Origin: Oikopleura dioica
Lineage: Eukaryota > Animalia > Chordata
Length of the DNA: 64,000 bases
Assembly: GCA_907165135.1 (NCBI GenBank)
Contig: OU015567.1
Span: 15,500,001-15,564,000 of the forward strand
Direction of reading: 5' to 3'
The position numbers and the translations under genes are program-made. Under the pieces are notes generated by a model that was given only the letters and a program-made list of their open reading frames with translations, had not been told where the DNA came from and did not search any database. Shown piece after piece: positions 26,301 to 38,300 of this stretch (positions are counted from its first letter, which is position 1; each line of letters opens with the position of its first letter).

Positions 26301-28571
26301 ATTTTTCATCGCCTTCGTCGGAACCAAGTTTTATCGAGAACGCCGTATTCGAAATGTACCATGTTTCTTGCCTCATCTGCAAATGAGCCTGCTCGAATTC
26401 GTTTAAATATGTTCGGTCAACTGGTATTGTAACTCGGGAATAATTTTCGTACGTATTTTGCAGTACATAATTCCCACTTTGAACACTTTCAAGAGTCATT
26501 TGATGATAAAATATGTCTTTTTCGACAGGAACTCCAGCAGTTGCAGGAAGATATCCACAAGTGACTGTCAAAGGCCGATCATCAAACTGGAAACCCTTAT
26601 GCAGCGTGACTTAAAAAATAAGCGCGATTCAAATGGTTACTGAAACAAAAATCCGTTGTTATACTAGACACTTACGATATTGTACATTTTTATTAATAAA
26701 TTTAGAAACTGCCCATACAGGTCAAAATGGAAACATTATTTGCTTATTTTAAACATAGACTAAATTGCAAACAAACCTGGTTTATAATCAAAGTTCCCCT
26801 TTGCGTGTCCGATCTCAGAAATAATCTCCCATCCTCTGTTATTCAAATAGGTTTCATATTTTAGCCTGTCTAAAAGTGATGTGACCACGGTCCTTTGATT
26901 ATGAATCTCTTCTTTTCTTGGATTCAAATTAAGACCACTCAAGCTACGAGGAAAAACGACCATTGTCATAACATATAAAATATTTTCCAAGGAGTAGTAT
27001 TCGTTCATCTCTCTCGCACCCATCTTCAAATCATTTTCTAGAGCCCATCTCAATAAAATAGTAACGGAGATAGGGACACAAAGATTCGTATCCTTCTGGT
27101 CAAGAATATCAGGAGATAGATTCATAAAATTTATGTTTGTAAATCTTTTTAATTGCTGTTTTAAATTTGCCATCACGCAAGATTTCATCATATTTTCATC
27201 AGGTTCAAGATCTTGCAATTCACTTTGAAGAAAAATTATTTCTTCTACACCGTTTATATGTCTATCTTTTATGTCAGCCATCGTTGAGTGAGTATTCAGC
27301 CAGTCGGCTTTTATAGTCTTAAAATTGCTGTTTACTCATTATATTGCATAAAAAAGCCTTACAATGAGTTTATTCCGTATATCTTTTCTTATTTGTTCAT
27401 TTTTTATCGGAGCAAAGAGTAGCTTCCAGGCTGTCGGCCACCGGGATAAAATGAATGCAAAAATGCTATTGTTATTTTCACCACTTCTAGCAATAATATT
27501 TGATGTTTTGCAGAATGCAATCGTTCCTGCGTCTATGAAAAAATTGTAAGTAAATATGGAGAAAAATATTCATTCTCTTCATATTTAACTTACACAGATG
27601 ATTTCCATATCTGTACTTGCTCCCTCTTCTCGTATATCCCATCTCGCGATAACGAACTTCGTTTGAGCTCTGTTGGACAATGCCAAAATCAATAAGCTTA
27701 GGTTTTCCATTTCGAAATAAGATATTTTCCGGTTTAATATCCATATGAGCAATATTGAAGTCTTCTAAGTGACGAAGGCCAGCTTTCACTGCAATGCCGA
27801 TTTCTTTTCGTTCTTTAAGAGATAAATAGGCAAAATTTGACTTTTCATGCGCACAGAGTCTTTTTCTTAAATTTCGCTCATCACATAGCTCCATAATTGT
27901 GATCCATCCTAAGCAGTCTTTCGAATCTTCCTTGCTAAAAATTTCGATGTTCGAGTAGTGCTTGATGACATTTGCGTGAAATGGTAGACGTAGCTGGTCG
28001 TATTCTATGCAAAATTTAATAAATATTTGAGAAAAATCGGGTGAGTTCTACCTATAGACATATGAACCTTAAAATTCATTCTGTCCTCTTTCAAATCCTC
28101 CGTGAAAATTGCAGCATCAAAGGCTTGGACTCGAACCGCGTATTCTGACGTTCCGAATTTTTCTTTTAAAACAATTGCTTCACCTCCAATAGAAATTATA
28201 CTGCCACAAGAGAATTTGCGCAGATTCCATTTTCCAGTTTCCTCGTCAAGATCTGATCTTTTTATCCAATCACCACAATAACCAGGGTTCTCCTCAAGAA
28301 TCTTTTTTTGAAATTCCGTTATTTTCCATGATTCACGATCTTTTATAAAATCAACAGTTCCTTCTCCATTTTTAAAAATGACTTTATTCCATCCCGCAGC
28401 TTCTACTTTGTCGAAATCCATGCGCTCTACGGATAAAAGAAGACGATCCAAATCATCTCTGCTAGTTTCTCTCTCTAGTTTTTTTCTAAAAGAGCATAGC
28501 CATGTTTCGACATTCTCCCTCGTCAAATTCATGACTTGTGAGTTTCTTTGTTGTCGATGCCGAAAAATCAT
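23370..28571 (-). CDS. Tandem kinase-like / papain-like peptidase polyprotein (kinase C - protease C - kinase B - pseudo-protease B)
   Basis: Kinase C: ISIGGEAIVL, YAVRVQ, HMDIKPEN, IDFG. Protease C: ILDQKDTNLC, YHQMTLESVQSGNYVLQNT. ORF 25630-26571 runs without a stop from protease C into kinase B (ISSGGEAIIF, VAVRVQ, HFDKKPEN, IDFG). Protease B: VLNQKESNLS, FHQMVLDRVENSEFILQNT. Confidence 0.78.
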
Positions 28572-28710
28572 ATATTTCTTTAGTCAATATTTGGCGACCA
28601 AAGGAATACAATCGTAGATCTGTGTCCGCGTGCTAACAAAACGAAGAGCATCACTTTTCATTTAAAATGTCAGTATTTCCGGGAAGATTTTATTGAGCGA
28701 AACCAAATCA

Positions 28711-31150
28711 TCAAATAGTCATGTACAGATCAAGCGAGTCCCAGAAATCACATCGTTCTGCCCGCGGATCATCCATTTGAATTTTGAATCGTCGAGTACC
28801 TACAAGAGCTCAAGTTGTTTTGTAAACCTTCTGTGACTTTACCTTCATCGCCAATGTCAAGAAACTTATTGTTTATTTCAAAATGTTCCCAGTAAACTTG
28901 ATCTTGGTGAAAATATTCCAGTGGGTTTCCGAGATAGTCTTAGAATAATATTGAAAATAATTATTTTAAAGTTTGATTCACTGTTTGGGTCGCCAGTTCG
29001 AATGAAATTTGCGATGTACTGTTGAATGCTGTATTGAAACTTTGCATCCTCTTCGTATTTTGGGTCGCTTCGGAAGGTGTCATTGAAGAACCAGTGCTCA
29101 CTCGCTCCGTGGGAAACTCCTTCTTCGATCGATTGCCAAGGAAGACGCTGGCTAATGCGGGCCAAGTAGAGTCCAGTTTCGCGATTGTGGCTGCCGGTGG
29201 GATAGCCATCAGTCATGCATCTTTTCATATTGCAGTACCAGGTGAAATCGGTCAGCCATTCATCAGCTTTATGAATACATTCGGAACCATCTTCAGGGCA
29301 GTCGTAGTAGCCAAAGTCTTTGAGCGCTTGGAAGTCCTCGGGAGAAAGAAGCTTCGAAAAGAAGAGATCCCAGCTTTCTTGGCAAAGATGTTGAGAGTCT
29401 GGATAAGTTGTATTCGGGCAGTTTTTGCCCTGAAAAATCGGGTTCACAAACATGTATCCTTCGTTATCAGTGACGTCGATTATAGTGGGCTTGTCGTGCA
29501 TTTCTCCCTTTCGAAAGTGAAAAAATGGCATTTCCTTGAGCATGCCTGTATTGATGATGGGCGCGTAGGGTTCTGCAGCGATTGTTGGCCGGTCGAAGTT
29601 TCCAAAAGGCAGTACTTGCTTCAACTCCCAAGCTGCAGCGTTGATCTCTTTTGCCGACTTGCCCATCATACACGAGATTATTTCAGACGTCGTTGGTCCA
29701 AGACAATGAGGCAGAACACCCGCAGGAGCTTCGCAGCAATGGACAAGATTGGCGATTCCCTGCAAAATCTCTTCGCCTTCGACATTGTTGTAGAATGGAA
29801 TTCCGTTTGGACCGGAATAAGCAATTGCTTTATGGAATAAATTTCGACTATAAATAGAGTTAGTTGACCTTTATCTTCTTTTCGGGGAAAGTATGGGAAC
29901 TCAGAAGACCGTTTCAATTTTATGGGCTGTCAAATATCAAACTGCAGTTATTTGGTCAAATTCGTTCAAACTCGTTCGCCTCACATTTTGACGCATGTAA
30001 AATTACCTGCTCGGCATAACCAGATGAGCATGCATACTTTGGCCACCCGCACTCATTCCTCCGATTGTGATGCTTTCACGGTCCCCAGCAAAGAACTCAA
30101 ATGATAATCACATTTTAGGCCATTCGAGCGACTTACTTTGGCATTTTCAGCTGTCCAAATCATCGCCATTTGCTGATCCATCAATCCTTGATTTCCAGAC
30201 GTAATTTTTCCTTCATAGTATTCTAGGCCATGTTCTTGGCTAATTCTGTCATCAAGGAACTCCGAAAACAAAAATCCAAAAGCACCAAGACGATAATTTG
30301 AGCTCAACACAACTAGATTCTGTTCTGATGCAATTATGGCGCCTTCGATGGGAGAGACGTCCTGATTTGATCCACCCATGAATGCACCTCCGTGAAAGTA
30401 AAGGAAGATCTTGAGGATTTCGTTATTCTCAATGGCTCTTCTGGGGACGAAAATGTCAATGTAAGCGCAGTCTTCTGTCATGAAATCAGTCGCTTCGAAC
30501 GCGCCAGGGCAAGATGGCGAAGTCTCAGTAGCAAAGTAGACAGTCTTCCCGTCAATTATATGCGTTTTCGGGTAACCGTCAAGACCTCGCTCTATAATTG
30601 GAGCTTTCCAGCGAAGATCTCCAACTGGCGGCTTCATGAATGGAATTCCCTGCATAACAACAACATCAGGAAACTCAGTGTGAAGATAGCCCCGGATCGT
30701 TCCCAAGTCGCCGAAATCAACATCGTAGTACTCACCATCGAATGGCGGCATGGTCGATGTGGTGGTTGTCGTTGAAGTCGTAGAGGTGGTTTTTGTAGTC
30801 GTAGTGACAATTGTCTCACAATTTCCAAGCATACAGTCTGCGTAAAGTTCCCATGCGTTCTCATAGCAGAGAGCACTCAAATTTTCATCTTGAAGGTCTT
30901 GACATTTTATCTGCTCATTTATGTAGCGACTTTCGCATTGTTCCTGGCAGTGGCAGTCGTTTGAGCAATCTTTATGGTTGTCCTCGTTGCAAACTGCATT
31001 ACACTCGACGCATTCATCCAGACACGCAGCAACATCTTGAGCTACCTGCTCACATTCAAACTCGCACAGAGAAAGCTTTCCTCGAAGCCTTGATTCGACT
31101 TGAGAAAAGAGAAAAATGTCAAACAGCGCATAATCTCTTCTGAGAAGTAA
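28711..31150 (-). CDS. Type-B carboxylesterase with N-terminal Cys-rich module and Thr-rich linker (5' end uncertain)
   Basis: GIPFMKPPVGDLRWKAP, EDCAYIDIFVP, FHGGAF, NYRLGAFGFL, GNQGLMDQQ, nucleophile ITIGGMSAGG, HGASEH, YIANFIRTGDPN. Confidence 0.88.
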
Positions 31151-31174
31151 CATTCGGTGACAGTCTTCAGATTC

Positions 31175-32376
31175 GGCTACTCCCGCATTTCCCAAAATCC
31201 TGGATTTCCCAAATCCTGGATTTCTCAAAATCCTGAATTTCTCAAATCGCCAAATCAGGATTCTGCCGATTCTGGATTTTGGGAAATGCAGGATTGGGAA
31301 AAGCAGGATTTTGAGAAATGAAAGATTCAGCTGAAATTTCGTCGACTAACACTGTTTTCCTCTATCTGTCAAAACTAAAATAGAATGATTTTACAGGCAA
31401 GACCCAAAATACTGTACATAATTTTGTAGCAGAAATTTGGCGAAAATGTACATTATTTTGGGTTTTTTCCAGTTTTCAAGATAATGGAAGTTTTAAATGA
31501 TTTTTTTCTTTGCTATCAGGTGTGGAGACTTAATGAAAACAGTCATTTTTTATGCTTTTCTAGAGCAATATTTAGATGAAATGGTAGAAAAATTCTATTC
31601 ACAGAAGTTGTGAACAGGGACTCTAGTGAGGACTAGCGCCGAAAGAAGCCACAAAAAAGGGTCAAAATCAACGCCAAGTTTGGCTTCCGAGAACTCAGGG
31701 TAACGATATTGCCCCTTTTTTGGGCTTCTTTCGGCTCTGGTTCTTACTAGAATCTCTGTTCACAACTTCTGTGAAATGATTCTGGTAGTATAGAAGCTGT
31801 TCTACAAACTGAGACTATGGTTAATGGTAAATGACTGGATGGAGTGTTCATCCCTTTCCGGGCGCTCGAAAATTTCTAGCGCATATTTTGGGACTTCAGA
31901 TTCTCATTATTGATCGAAAATCTTGTCCGATTCAGACGAATTCGGTACCAAAATGATCGCCGACCTGGCGATTCTAAATCTGCATCATATTTGCAGTTTT
32001 AAAAGGGCAATCAAAGGGTTAATTTTTCTACCATTACACCTAGCAATATATGAAATTGGCAAATGAGTCATTTCCAACGTTCCAAGTTCCAAAACAGACT
32101 TTCAACCGATTGTTTTCGCAGGGATTAGCAAGCGCGACTTTTTTTGGAGGTGAGAAATTATTCGGAAGGGATTTTTCAGCGCGGAAGATTCTAACAGAGA
32201 AGAATCTGGGTTGGATTTTTAAATCAAGCAAGAAAACTAATTAAAAAGAAAAAAAAATCCTGCATTTCCCAAAATCCAGAATCGGCAGAATCCTGATTTG
32301 GCGATTTGAGAAATTCAGGATTTTGAGAAATCCAGGATTTGGGAAATCAAGGATTTTGGGAAATACGGGAGCAGCC
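31175..32376. mobile_element. Non-autonomous Mutator(MULE)-like element, ~120-bp TIRs, 9-bp TSD
   Basis: TIRs begin ggctactcccgcatttcccaaaatcc and consist of ggattt/aaatcc subrepeats; TSD TTCAGATTC at 31166-31174 and 32377-32385. MULE assignment inferred from the 9-bp TSD and G-terminal long TIR. Confidence 0.85.
31600..31773. mobile_element. Small hairpin/MITE nested in the MULE-like element
   Basis: ~65-bp imperfect inverted repeat cacagaagttgtgaacag...aaagggtcaa / ttgccccttt...ctgttcacaacttctgtg; no TSD found. Confidence 0.65.
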
Positions 32377-32568
32377 TTCAGATTCAACTGGCATTTGTTC
32401 ATCATTAAATTTAGCTCAAATGCGGGAAAGCTCAAATTTGGAAGCAAAGACGAACATTTATATTTCACAAAAATTAATGGCTTGCATTTTATTTTCATAG
32501 ACTATTTTAATTTTTAGTTTAAGAATGAAAGGTAAATTTATAAATTCGCCAACGAGAGAACAGTTGAC

Positions 32569-33018
32569 TCAAATCTTCATCTTGGGAAGGAGTTGTTCGA
32601 AAATGACGTATAAGAAAGGGAAGGCATATCTTTTAAAGATATAAACTGTATATTATATACACAATTGTGATTAACGCCACCCTGAAAGAAAAATCTGCAT
32701 TTCAACAAGAATAACGGCATATTTACATAGAAATAAGTGCACTTATGGCACTTTTTGCACTGTGACAATCCCACCGGTCGCCGGAATTATTTGATTCCTC
32801 TGGTTGCTCTTCAGAAATTCGCTGATTATTGGGTTTTGGAAGACATTGGGGAGGTCTTTCTGGAGCCAACTCAATCACAATGTCACGGCGAGAATTATTC
32901 TATACAGATAATTATTTTCAGCCAAAGACTAACTTTAAACCTCTAATTCTTCGTACGGTGGTGGCAAATCGTCTTCTCTACCGGTTTGATTCGGTCGGAA
33001 ATTGACGAACTCTTGCAT
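32569..33018 (-). CDS. Short PPxY-motif single-pass membrane protein (paralog of 33740-34786)
   Basis: Three-exon model MQEFVNFRPNQTGREDDLPPPYEELE|NNSRRDIVIELAP...SAISALISI|YAFPFLYVIFEQLLPKMKI*. Confidence 0.5.
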
Positions 33019-33739
33019 TTTAAGTGTTTTTATTATTCTTTTTCTGTTTCAGTCTAGTTTCTTACGCTTTTTTTTATGGGAAAAAGGGATAGCAAGACAC
33101 TGATAAATAGACAGTGATAATGAAATGACGAAAGACCTGGGCCAATTTCAATAAGGAATCCAAATTCAAAATCCTAACCCCCCATGTTTTTGTGCTCGTT
33201 GGAAAGAGCGTAAAAAGTTACGTTAGAAAAAAATAGTTTTAGAGGCTGACTCATCATTGATGACGTCATGGCGGCTGGTTGAAGTTCCAAAAGTCCCAAA
33301 AGTTTGATACGCTCTCATTTTTTTTCCACAAATGGAAAATTTGAGTTCAATACTGGAAAATGATCGCCTTGACCTACTCTAGGTGAAGAGCTATATATGA
33401 AAGATCCAACTCTAGAAAAAAAATTTTTTTTTCGATTTTTTCAAAATTTCAACCTAAAAATGTTGAATTGCAATAGAATACTTCCAAATAATGAAATAAA
33501 GCATTTAAATTTGTTTCCAGGTCACAAAAATGATCATTCAAGGTCATCCGGGGTCATTTGAGGTCACAAATCAAAATAATAATAGTGGTGGACGGAAAAA
33601 ACCATGCTGAGTGAAGAATTGCTTTCTTTGCCTAGCCGACTGGAAAAATAAATAAGACAAAGCTATTTTATCAATGTTGATTTTTATTATTAAAAACGCA
33701 GCTATAAATGCTCAGATAAATAATAAAACATTTTCAGAT

Positions 33740-34786
33740 CTAGTCCAAAGAACCAGCATTCGAAGTTATCTCCTCGCCAATTTTCTGCATCAAATCGAGG
33801 GCTTCTTCCTTGATGTCAGAAGGATCTCCGTAGAAATGCATCGGTATAATGATGCTGCCCGATTCCTGCATTTGCGCTGCTGCTCCGGATTGTCTTTCTT
33901 GATTCGCTCCTTCCCCAAGTTTGTCGAATATTTCCCGGTCGATGTATTCAAATTCGTATGTTATTTCGATATCGTCCCAAGAAATTGGAATACTTGAACT
34001 CATAATTGAGTTATTTGTCTTCTGAGAATTCTTACCTATATGTGCCGTTAACATTACCCATATCCAAAGTTTCCGTTTCATTCGACATAGATCTTATCAT
34101 CTCAATGGTTGTCTCATTAGTCGGCGTTTCCGGGGTCTCAGAAGGAATTCGGTTAGTCAAGTCGCCGTAGAATCGGTCTGCAAAATGTTTTCCGAAGATT
34201 TCAGCGATTTCCGCGGTTTGCTAAAAGAAAAAAAAATTGTCTTATTCTGAGGAAGAAAGACTTGAACATACTATTTCTTCTTGATTGTGACCCCATTTGA
34301 CACCGGCGTAAGGATTGTAGGGAGTTGAAGTTCTTTCCAGAGCATGGTACGAAGAAGAGTTAGAAGACGAGTTTGCTTTCGATAAAGCCAGCTTTCCAGC
34401 CAACTTGAGAATCAAACAGCTAAAAATTTGCATTTGAGAATGTAAAAAGAAGGAATCTTACAGAGTCAAAAGAACTACCACAATTCCCCCACTGCTGGAC
34501 TTTTTTGATCGCTTTTTTGGAACTACAGGATTTCCAGCATTTGAAGGTCTAGGCCCACGACCAGCTGGGGTACCGTCTTCAGGAATCACTTGGACCACAA
34601 TGTCACGGCGAGAAGAACTCTTTAAAAAAGTTAGTTTATCATCAAAGGAAGCAATTCTCTCACCTCTAATTCTTGGTACCGTGGTGGCGGATTTCCTCTC
34701 TTATATTTTGGAGGAACATCGGCTTGCCCATATCGTGGAATACTCCGATAGGGACGGAGGCCTTGAGAATCTTGTCGATCTCGCAT
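33740..34786 (-). CDS. Type II membrane protein with PPxY motifs and possible SEA-like luminal region
   Basis: MRDRQ...VPPKYKRGNPPPRYQELE|SSSRRDIVVQV...GGIVVVLLTL|CLILKL...; last exon DDIEITYEFEY...IIIPMHFYG..IKEEALDLMQKIGEEI. Confidence 0.55.
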
Positions 34787-35352
34787 TTAAACTTCAGCGG
34801 TGATTTTTTCTCTGGCAGCGTGTTTTTATAAATACGAAAATCGGATAACTGGAAAAATGATGAAATTTCAACTCAATTGGAAAAAACCCGCGGGCTCGAG
34901 AGTTCAACTATGAGTTGACACTTCTAACCGACTAAAAATCAGATTAAAATCTTTATTTTTGAAAAAAAAATAATTATAAAAAAGGGCGTTCGGAATAACT
35001 TAAATTTTATTTTAGAACTTATCTGGCATAAGGTCCTAGAATTAATAGTTAAATTAGAGATCCCCTTGAGGCCGAAACGCGTCCCAAATAAATTTCAATC
35101 ATCAATAAATTAGCTAAGTTCGGTAGAGTTCAAAAAACAATGCTGTTTTTCTTTCAGTAAGTTCCTTTGAGTACGTCCACTTCGCACCATTTGTCCAACT
35201 TTACCCTGAAGATGATTTAGCCCAATAAAACCAGCTTATCACTTCGCGTTAATTTTTCTAAGCTCCAGTTCACCATCACATCAGAAACGCCTAGAAACAT
35301 TTCTAGCGAAGAAAAGAGTTAACACTTCAACGAAAAAAAAATACAGAAAAGG

Positions 35353-38300
35353 ATGAGTTTTGCGGGAAAGCTTTCACCAGACACAGCGAAAATTGGCGGA
35401 ATCGGCCGATTAGAGGTCCAGGTTGCCGACGAAAATGCTCAAGTCCAGTGGTTCAAAAGTACGATCAAAATTAAATTTTTTGATAAAATATTTTTCACTG
35501 CGAAAATCTGAAATTTCCAACAAATGAAATTTAGACGGAGAAAAGATGGAGGACAACTCGCAACTTCTCAAATTCGAGATGGTTTCCAACGGCCCCCTCC
35601 GAGCTTTGATTATTAAAAACTGCGTCGCGTCCGACTTTGGCAAATACGAAGCTGTTGTTGGAGAAGAACGAGTCGAAACTATCTTTAGAGAGGAGTCTGC
35701 TGATGTAAGGAATTCCTTCCTCCTCATTAAAAATTTTCCCTTAAGGCTCCAGCGCCTGCTGCCCCTGAAGCAATAAAAGAAGCCACTCCTGTCTCTGAAG
35801 CTTCTAAAAAACCTGTCGTTACCGCCGTTGCCGACGCTGTTGTTGTAAAAAACATCCCTAAAAATGTCTATGCAAAGGATTTGGCTGACGCTGAAGCTCG
35901 AGTCGGAGAAATTGCAGTCTTTGAAACTAAGGAATGGTTCGAAAAGGTCTTTAGTTCATTGAGAGCAGTGGTTTTATTTATTATTTTCTTCAGTCAAAAT
36001 TGCGGCGATTTCATCGTCAGTTATTCTTGAAGATTTTTTAATATCATGTTTTGATTGAAACTTTCTTACCTTTGAAATTTGTTTGAAATCGAGTCTCTCA
36101 CCTTCCCGTCGTAAATAAGTACAGTTTGCCTCCGAGAATAAAACAGATTAAAGCCCAGAAGAACGTTCATCATCACTGATTTTGGTTAAAAAAATGAACT
36201 ATGGATCTATCAACTACTTATATTCTTATATTTCTAACCCGTTTCCTAGAAGAAAAATAATAATTGATTGGATACATCTTTCTCTTTCCATCTCGCTTCA
36301 ATCGCTTCTCTAAAAAATATGATTTTTCATATATCTCATTTTCTATTTTATGTTCAAAACCAGGTTTTATACAAGCAGCAAATTTTTGCGGTCAAAGTAA
36401 GTCACGTTCGAATCAAATTACCAATGATTCTGGCAATATTAGCAACATAATTTCTAATGCTAGAATCTCTCTTCTCTTTATCGCTCTACTAATGTTCCGG
36501 ATACGAGAGCAAAGGCATAATTAACGAAATCTTCACTCTTGCCTCGGGTAAAAATGGGTAAAGGTATTATCTCTATAGAATTTCGCCGCTCGGTAAGAAA
36601 TAAAAAAGACGATTAATGTACCAGATACGAGAGCAAGAGCATTTTTTTTCATCACTCTTGCCTCGGGTAAACTCTGAAAATCCTTAAATCGACCGTCGTT
36701 TTAGAACTTTTAACCGAGCGTTCTACAAATTTTAGCGGGTAGTCGATGCGGTTAGTCAATGCTGAAAATTTCAACTTGAAAGAGTCAATTTTCTTCTCTT
36801 CGAAATTATCTCTAAATCGTAAAAAACGAAGGGCAGACTCATTTTTTAGTCTCTTTATAATTTTACTGGACATCGCGCGAGGCAAGAAAACTTCAAAAAA
36901 AGACAGTTAAAAAACTCATCGGCGGTGAAAAGTAAATTGATCGGGAAAATAATCACCGACCGAGTGGCAAGGAAATCTGAACGAGATGTTAAAAAAGACA
37001 CTTTAGCAATGTAAAGCTGCCAATTTTCGAATCATAATAAGCTTGCCGCTGATCTGCCCGTCCAGTGGTTTTTCCGAGGCAACGAGATCACCAAGGAAAA
37101 ATACTCAATCCTCAAGTTCGAAGCTGTTTCGGAAGGACTCGTTCGCAAGTTGATTGTCAAAAATATTTCTGCCGATGATTTCCAGCGTTTCTCTGTTTCC
37201 TGCGAAGGACAGATCCAAAATGCCCATTTGAAGAAGCAAGCTCCTTTTAAAAAGCCACTCAAGGTTTGAAAATGTCACATAATTGAATTAATTTCGCCTC
37301 TAAATTTCAATTACTAGCTCGGCCCTTCTTTCCGTTCAGAACAAAGTTTTTTTTATTCGTAAATTTCAGGATGTGACAGGCATTCAAACGGAAATCCAAT
37401 TGCTCCAGTGCACCCTCAACTCCGCCCAACCTGCCAAGTGGTTTTTCGGCGATAAAGAAATCACCAAAGAAAACTTTTCCATCCTCAAGTTTGAACCGCG
37501 AGAAGACAAGAATAACGTACGAACTCTTATCATCAAAAACATTCGAAACCAGGATTATGGACAGTACTCCGTTGAAGGTATTTTATCGGTTAGGGTTAGG
37601 GTTAGGGTTAGCAAAAATTTTGTCTTGCGAGAAAATGATCAACCTTATTAAGGTGGTATATATCAAGAATCGCCATTTGGCTGTAGCTTTTTCTCCAAAA
37701 TTTTACAAAGTGACACCCTTATTTTTCTCCGGTAACTAAAAGTTTGGACCTTTATTTATCTCCTATGAAAGCCGAAATTCCTAATTTCGATCATTTTTTT
37801 TCACAAGATTCATCATCAAAGATCCCGATTAGCGAAAATCTTATTTTGACGACAATCGAAGGTACCAGATTTGCATTGTAGCCTCTCGAAATCTTAAGAA
37901 ATCTTAATTTCTGGCTTCCATTGAAAATAGATAATTGCCTTAAATGAATTCTGAGCAGGAAAAATAAGGGGGTAACTATCACAAAAATTCGAAAAAAGAC
38001 TGCAAGGAAATCAGATTCTTGATATCCTCCCCCGAGGGGCGTTATAGTGCTTCTAGTGTAAAGATTACAGTTGATAATTTACTGCGCGAGTTCGTACCGT
38101 ATCTCCGAGTCGACACGTGAGGACGGGAGGTACATCCTAACACGTTTTCAGTATCTGGCGAGCGAGTTAGCTGTTCCCTCTTAGCGCCCTTCCCCTTCGT
38201 GTCCAAAGTTCGCGATGCAGAGGGCCCACGCGGCGGAATCGCCAGGTGATTTATCGAAAAAAAGAAAGTAGCATTAATCATCGTAAATTATTTTTTCAGA

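Noticed and set aside
29022-29840. 272-aa plus-strand ORF
   Set aside because: Antisense shadow of a long carboxylesterase exon.
36490-36672. Two ~120-nt-spaced direct repeats (gatacgagagcaa; cactcttgcctcgggtaaa) in an intron
   Set aside because: Probably a decayed repeat; no termini or TSD could be defined.
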